Shown: positions 58,424 to 64,000 of the stretch, in pieces
Layout: every line of letters begins with the position of its first letter
Position numbering within the stretch: the first letter of the stretch is position 1
Assembly (NCBI GenBank): GCA_963845755.1
Contig: CAWJTV010000025.1
Coordinates: 1-64,000 of the forward strand
DNA length: 64,000 bases
Origin: an uncultured Planctomycetota bacterium
GTDB lineage: Bacteria > Planctomycetota > Planctomycetia > Isosphaerales > Isosphaeraceae
Direction: 5' to 3'
Notes under the pieces: model-generated
Told to the model about the DNA's origin: nothing
The model's input: the letters and a program-made list of their open reading frames with translations, nothing else
Databases searched by the model: none
Made by a program: the position numbers and the translations under genes

Positions 58424-59581
58424 TCAATACTGATCGGAGCTGATGACCTCGCCGCCGTTGATCGAGCCGAGCTGGATCCAGGTCGGCCCGTTGATCGAGT
58501 TCTTGATGAAGTGGACGGAGCCGTCGCCGAAGAGGCAGTCGACCCCACCGGGGTGGCGGGACCGCGTGGCCGCATACGAACCCGAATCGTTTGCCTGGTC
58601 ATTGCAGCCCAGCATCTGGGCGGGCTGGCTGTCGCAGAGGGAGCCGGGATTGGGCGGGCTGGAGCCCGGCCTCGAAGGACCACCGACCGTGCCGATGTTG
58701 TCGTAGTTGTCGAGGGCCAGGGCCCCGCTGATGCCCGCCAAGGCCCCGGGGTTGGAGAGGGACAGCCAGATGGGCAGAAGGTCCTGGTATCCGTTGGGGG
58801 CGAACCGCGTCATATAGGAACCAGCACCTGCGTGGCAGTCCCAGATCGTCCCGCGGAGGTCGTCGGGCACTCCTTGCAACAGCTCCGCAGCGACGTGCGT
58901 ATTGCTGGTCCCATCCGTGAACGAGGCCGATCGGATCGTGATGGGGCCCAGGCCGGTTGTGTCGATGCCGAACGGCGACTGCAGAAACAGGTTGCGGGTC
59001 AAGACCGGACTGAGAACGCCCTGGCCAAAATCCAGGTTTCCCCAATTGACGCCGTAATTCCCCTTCGACGCCATCCAAGGATAGGCGGGGACGAACCCGC
59101 CGGTGGCCTTGCTCAAGGCCGCAAAGCTGAAGCTCTGGATGTTATCGCTGGGGCATTGGAAGGAGGCGATCCTCGACGTCATGACCGTGCTGTTGATGAC
59201 ATAGCCGAGTAAGCCAGGCCCTTCGATGCCGATCGAAGCGTTGAAGGCGTTGTAAAGCGGCGCCTGCTCGATATACGGCAGCGTCAGGACGAACCAGGGC
59301 GTGTTCTGGCAGTTGGCGCCGTAGGGCGACGTGCAGATCGCACCAGGCATGCCGCTGACGCCATTGACCGCGTAGACCACGGCAATCGGCAGGCAGTCGT
59401 TGGCCGACTCGTAATTGGCGATGGCCAGGCCGAGCTGCTTCAGGTTGCTGGTGCACTGCGCACGGCGTGCCGCCTCCCGTGCGGCCTGCACCGCGGGCAA
59501 GAGCAAGGCAATCAAGACCGAGATGATCGCGATGGCGACCAAGAGCTCGATGAGTGTAAAGCCACAATGTCGCTTCGACAT
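58424..59581 (-). CDS. DUF1559 prepilin-type N-terminal cleavage/methylation protein with H-X9-DG motif
   Basis: GFTLIELLVAIAIISVLIALLLPAVQAAREAARRAQC.NLKQ; LPYIEQ; CPSD; SRHPGGVDCLFGDGSV. Confidence 0.95.
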   Translation of the reverse strand: MSKRHCGFTLIELLVAIAIISVLIALLLPAVQAAREAARRAQCTSNLKQLGLAIANYESANDCLPIAVVYAVNGVSGMPGAICTSPYGANCQNTPWFVLTLPYIEQAPLYNAFNASIGIEGPGLLGYVINSTVMTSRIASFQCPSDNIQSFSFAALSKATGGFVPAYPWMASKGNYGVNWGNLDFGQGVLSPVLTRNLFLQSPFGIDTTGLGPITIRSASFTDGTSNTHVAAELLQGVPDDLRGTIWDCHAGAGSYMTRFAPNGYQDLLPIWLSLSNPGALAGISGALALDNYDNIGTVGGPSRPGSSPPNPGSLCDSQPAQMLGCNDQANDSGSYAATRSRHPGGVDCLFGDGSVHFIKNSINGPTWIQLGSINGGEVISSDQY

Positions 59582-59839
59582 GCCTGGACCCACCCCTAAA
59601 ATCAGTCTGTGAAGTCTGGGATTGACATCGGGGGGGCCCACGCTCCCCCGACGACCGAGAAAGGCCGCGACGTTCGACCCGGCTCCTGCCGCCCCATTCC
59701 GTCGCCACATTCACCCTGGCACGGCGAAGCCGCAACCAAAAAGACGGCAAGGGCTCGACGGAGTTTGCCCCCGGCGCCCTCGTGTATCTCCAGCCCTCGG
59801 ACAATGATGATTGATTACGACGCGTTCACTCCACGTCAC

Positions 59840-59869
59840 CAATGCGACGAACCCGCGTGAAACCCCTCA
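59840..59869 (-). promoter_or_regulatory. Conserved bipartite motif, copy 3 (putative ECF promoter)
   Basis: Minus strand TGAGGGGTTTCACGCGGGTTCGTCGCATTG, 17 nt past the ECF sigma stop, oriented toward DUF1559. Confidence 0.62.
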
Positions 59870-59886
59870 ATTCTTGAGAACGACTA

Positions 59887-60462
59887 TTAAGAATTCGCTG
59901 AATCGTCTCGGTCTTTGAGCTCGGCAAAGAGCCAGGTGCGGGCGTAAGTCCAATGTCGCTCGGCGGTTGCCAGCGAGATCTTCATCACCGTGGCGATCTC
60001 GGGCATCGTCAGACCGGCGAAGAAGCGGAGCTTCACCAACTCGGCCTTCGCCGGGTCTTCCGCTGCCAGTTTGGTGAGGGCTTCGTCCAGGGCTTCGAGG
60101 TCTTCGGATGGTTCCTTCGCCAGGAAATCCGCGTCCTCCAACTCGACGCGCAGGCGGCCGCCGCCGTGCTTGCGACGTTTCTTGCGGCGAGCGTTCTCGA
60201 CGAGGATCCGGCGCATCGCCTCCGCGGCCGCCGCGAAGAAGTGAGCGCGGCCGCCCCACTGCGACCCGTCGCCCTCGCCGACGAGCCTGAGATAAGCCTC
60301 GTGCACCAGGTCGGAAGACTGGAGGCTCTGCCCCGGGGCCTCGCGGGCAAGCCTCTGGGCGGCCAATCGGCGCAGTTCCTTGTAGACCAGAGGCAGGAGC
60401 TTCTCGGCTGCCTGAAGGTCGCCCTCCTCGATCGCCGAGAGGATGTTCGTGACGTCGCTCAT
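59887..60462 (-). CDS. ECF sigma-70 factor, TIGR02999 type
   Basis: LLPLVYKELRRLA, LVHEAYLRL, HFFAAAAEAMRRILV, KHGG, LVKLRFFAGLT, W.YARTWL. Confidence 0.95.
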   Translation of the reverse strand: MSDVTNILSAIEEGDLQAAEKLLPLVYKELRRLAAQRLAREAPGQSLQSSDLVHEAYLRLVGEGDGSQWGGRAHFFAAAAEAMRRILVENARRKKRRKHGGGRLRVELEDADFLAKEPSEDLEALDEALTKLAAEDPAKAELVKLRFFAGLTMPEIATVMKISLATAERHWTYARTWLFAELKDRDDSANS

Positions 60463-61110
60463 CGCAAGGAATCGCTAGAAGGCAGCAACCCCGCCGCTTC
60501 GACCCGGCCCCGAGCGCCAGCGCTCGGATCGTCAACGAGCCCGGGCCGGGCCGATGGGGTGGCACCCCAGATTAACACCTACGAGAGCGAGGAGATAGAG
60601 ACACTCGCTGGAGGTCGTCACACGAACGACGCGAGACGGACATCGATCTACCGGACCGCAGTCCGTCGTCGTGTCGAATGAAGCACGTCCTCCGTGTGGA
60701 AAGGCGCAGCCATTCGGGACGCATCGCAGCCACCAGGAGGCGGACCGGTCTCGATCCTGCGTCGTTTCGACCCCTCGACGGAACCATGGCCCACCAGAAC
60801 ATACGTCGGAAAGCGCCGAAAATGTGTCTTCCGTGATCTTTGACGCCGGGGTCACGGCGATCATCTATCGGGAGAGCACCAATCGGCGTTACTTCTTGTC
60901 CAGATTCCTATCTCCGGCGCATCTCGCCGAACGCCGACGGCCATGATACTCACACACGGCCAATGGACCCCTCGTCGGGGGAGGTCACGGTAATCTTGCG
61001 CACTTGGGTCGGATCGACCGAAGCCATCTTCTGCCGGTAATGTCGGACGCGACCGGAGCCAAGGCAGTGTACGCTTGACTCCATGCCTCTGTCGGGCCAA
61101 TGATGGGGGG

Positions 61111-61359
61111 ATGCTGCGAGAACTCCCCGAAGACGCCCAGTTGCGCCTCCGCTATCGCATCGCCTACGGGGAAGCCGCGCCGAGCGGAGATGGCTACAGT
61201 TCGACCATGGCCGGGGGCAGGGACTTCGCTGCCCAGATCGGCGGTGAACCCGCCGCGATCGAGAAGCAAGTGTTGCGACGGTTCGGCCCGGGAATCCATC
61301 CCGAGATCGTCAAGTTGGCGGTCCGGGCTGCGACGGAGCCCCGCAAGCCGAGGTGGTGA
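61111..61359 (+). CDS. Small hypothetical protein
   Basis: Short ORF with GGGGGG upstream; no motif recognised. Confidence 0.4.
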   Translation: MLRELPEDAQLRLRYRIAYGEAAPSGDGYSSTMAGGRDFAAQIGGEPAAIEKQVLRRFGPGIHPEIVKLAVRAATEPRKPRW

Positions 61360-61448
61360 CCGGCAGGTAATTCTGGGCTTGCTCGGCAAGGCACGATGGA
61401 AGGTGCCGTCTGATGCCCGCGACTCAGCTCCCCGACGCGGCGTTCCGA

Positions 61449-62009
61449 TCAGCGTGCCACGAACTTGATCCAGGTGTTGCGACTGCGTCCCCAGAGCGGT
61501 TTGCCGGTCCACCCGTCCGCACTCCGATTCATCATGTCATCTCCCTCGGACCATGCGGTCTCGATGGGCCGAGCCCGATTCTCGGAGAGATAGTCCGGGG
61601 CGCTGATGAACTCGGGCACCTTGCGGACGTCGTCACAGTACGACCAGCGACCACTCTCCAATTCGGTCTCGAAGGCGACCCCCGCATCGCCCCGACCCGT
61701 GACGCCGAAGTAGGAGCAACCGCTCCATCGCAGCCGGTTGTTGACCACGTTGAAAACCAGCCTATCGCCCTTCCTGACCTCGATGTCGATCCGTTCTGCG
61801 GTCGCCCCGAACCGTTCGACAAGCAGCGTCCGCTTGGAATCCGGCACCTTCATGCCGTTGATGTAAATGTCAATGATGAAGTCATCGGCGACGGTGAAGA
61901 GGCGGTCGGCGATCAACTCGCTGTGAAGTTCACCGGATCGGCTAAAAGTCTGGAGGGACCAGACAAGTCACAGGACCAGGAGAGCCCCGATTGTCGAGAT
62001 TCGTCTCAT
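61449..62009 (-). pseudogene. Secreted hypothetical protein with a disrupted N-terminus
   Basis: MRRISTIGALLVL* signal-like start with a stop, then ORF 61449..61916 (VADDFIIDIYING..VVNNRLRW). Confidence 0.55.
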
Positions 62010-62271
62010 TGTCTAACCCTTGGTGTCGGCCTTCGATTCGCGCTATTCGAACCGCTGTGATCATCACTCGTACCACGAGGAGTTAACGATCTGGTTGCGA
62101 TTTCTTAGGATTTTGCCCCCTCTCTCTCGCTTCTGGTCCCCGTGACAAGCCAGTACGAGAAACAGGTGGAGTGCCGGCGCTGGCCTGGCATCCACCCCAG
62201 GCTGGTCATGCGGGTGGTCAAGAACGCCACGGAGCCGAGTAAGCCGCAGTGGTGTGGGAGCCGGCCAATAT

Positions 62272-63238
62272 TCACGCGAGACTCTTTGCCACTTCCTCAA
62301 TAGTCGTCGGCGCGTGCCCTTCGAGCCGGTTGTTGATGAACAGCCAGGATGGGATCTTCCGCTGAAGCGACTGCCTGGCGATCTCAACCATCCCCTCCCG
62401 GGCACCCTCATTCAGCTCCTGAAGATGCTCATAGGGCTCGAAGGACTCGACCGCCTTCTCGTAGGCACGCCCCCGAGCCAATAGCGCCCGGACGACCGTG
62501 AAATCCGCCGTGTAGGCGTCGGAGAGTCGCGCCTGCTGGTCGAGCACGGGCATTCGGGTCCAGGCGTTGAACACGTGGGCGACGTTGTGGGATGCCAGCA
62601 GTCTGAAGTATTCCGGCGACAGGTAGTTTTCGTTCCGGATCTCGACCGCGTATCGGAATCCGCCCGGCAGGGACCCGAGAAACGAATCAAGCCGCGCCAG
62701 GAAATCACCGGGAGTGGGGAACGTAGTCTTGTTGAACGTGCCGAACTCGAAGATCAGCGGACCGAGCCGTTCCTTGTAGGGCTCGAGCGGCTTTGCGAAG
62801 AATCGGTCGAAGGTCCTGGCATCGAGGAAGTGTTCGTTCTCCAGACCGGCACGCTTGCCGTACCGGGCATGCTTCGGCCAGACAGGAACCGTGATGCTCT
62901 TCCGGCACCTTCAGGCCGAGGAGGAAGCCCGCCGGAATCTGGCCGAAGAGCCGTTCCCAATACTCCTCGGTCGGGAACTGGTAGAAGGCGAAGTCACCGC
63001 AGACGGTCGGGAAGGTCTGGGCATACTCGGCCAGGCACGTCTCCTCGAACTTCTTCTTCGAGAGCTTGCCCCGCGTCACATAGCGATCCTGGCTGTAGAT
63101 GCTGCCAAGCCAACCCTCGTACTTCCACGAGCTGGTGCCGAAGTAGATGCCTTGCTCGGCGAGCTCCCGCAGCTTCGGCCGAAGGCGGGCGGCTTGTGGT
63201 GGCGGGTCGGCGTCGGCGAATGCCGGGAACAGCGTCAT
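62272..63238 (-). CDS. DUF72 (YecE-like) protein, frameshifted
   Basis: YFGTSSWKYEGW, YAQTFPTV..D..FYQFP, LKVP, GPLIFEF, YAVEIRN, FINNRLEGHAP. Confidence 0.85.
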
Positions 63239-63377
63239 TGGATTGCCTCGACGGCGTACCATAGGGCCTGCCCTCAAGTATAACTGGCCCCACTCGCCGT
63301 CACATCCCGACCTCCTCTGGCCAATCTCATGAATCCGCCCTTGTCGGGATCGCCCGTCGAGACTTAGGATCGATAGC

Positions 63378-63470
63378 ATGCGTACACCAAGCGCCGTTGG
63401 CCATCTCGACGCCGACTGCTTCTACGTATCCGCGGAGCGGGTGCGGGACCAGTTCCTGATCGGCAAGCTG
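63378..63470 (+). pseudogene. dinB: Y-family DNA polymerase (DinB-like) N-terminal fragment
   Basis: MRTPSAVGHLDADCFYVSAERVRDQFLIGK, then homology ends. Confidence 0.75.
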
Positions 63471-63628
63471 TTTAACAAAAAGTCAACCATCGGGATCTCG
63501 ATGTCTTTCGCGGCCTGTCTGAGATGCCTGTGATTCTTCATTTGGCCGTTGCCGCATCCTGCCGCGCGCGGCACACTGGACGGGTCCGACAACGGCAAGG
63601 CGACCCTCGTCATCTAGGGGATGAAATC

Positions 63629-63974
63629 ATGACTCACCGAACTCTGCTGTCCGCCGTACGTGCCCTGATGACACCGACCGTTCGCATAGGTCCCGTCGTC
63701 GAGAGCCTGCCCCCGCTGCCGGAACCCCTGCCAGCCGGCCGAACAGGTCCTCCGCGCCTTGATCGCGTGGCATGGGGGTACGGCCGGTGCCATCGTCGCG
63801 CTGACGGAGGGACTGGATAGAGCATTTGGCGAACCCTACGTCGATGACGAGCAATACAACGCCATCAAACCACGCCTCGAACGGCTTGACGTTTGGGCCA
63901 GCGGACGCATGATCGATGAAGCGGTCCACGAGGAACGCATCCAGGCGGCTTGTGCAAGATACGGATACAAGTGA
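63629..63974 (+). CDS. Small hypothetical protein, frameshifted
   Basis: MTHRTLLSAV.. joins ORF 63759..63974. Confidence 0.4.
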
Positions 63975-64000
63975 TGATCGCCTGAAAGCCGTTCAACTCC

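Overview
High-GC bacterial DNA, most consistent with a planctomycete (Isosphaeraceae-like). The supporting markers are DUF1559, a TIGR02999-type ECF sigma, Ser/Thr kinases sharing an 'ESIFFAALEKK' N-terminus, and LEPRxLL-type exported proteins. Most long genes carry single-base indels, so many 'frameshifts' are probably read or assembly errors; several short remnants are genuinely degraded. Layout: (1) 0-12 kb holds a secreted protein, a patatin, pyk, and remnants of a serine recombinase and ISAs1. (2) A tRNA-Leu(CAG)-anchored island follows, with three tyrosine integrases, an excisionase-like gene and TetR/oxidoreductase cargo. (3) 22-30 kb holds LRR- and TPR-kinases. (4) 31-40 kb holds an HMW1C-like GT41 cytoplasmic N-glycosyltransferase, divergent from a ~1,300-aa pentapeptide-repeat protein packed with N-X-S/T sequons, with an intact-ended ISKra4-like element between them. 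(5) 40-47 kb is a lower-GC mobile block. (6) 47-64 kb holds a GlcG/HbpS-like protein, an FHA-GAF cyclase, a kinase-ATPase-FGE protein with two in-frame palindromic insertions, DUF1559, the ECF sigma and DUF72. The best candidate for an undescribed system is the GT41 plus sequon-dense beta-helix pair. A second lead is a 30-bp motif (TGAGGGGTTT-N9-TCGTCGCATTG) found three times, which may link the ECF sigma to the kinase, the pentapeptide protein and DUF1559. All family calls come from motif recognition by eye; no searches were run.
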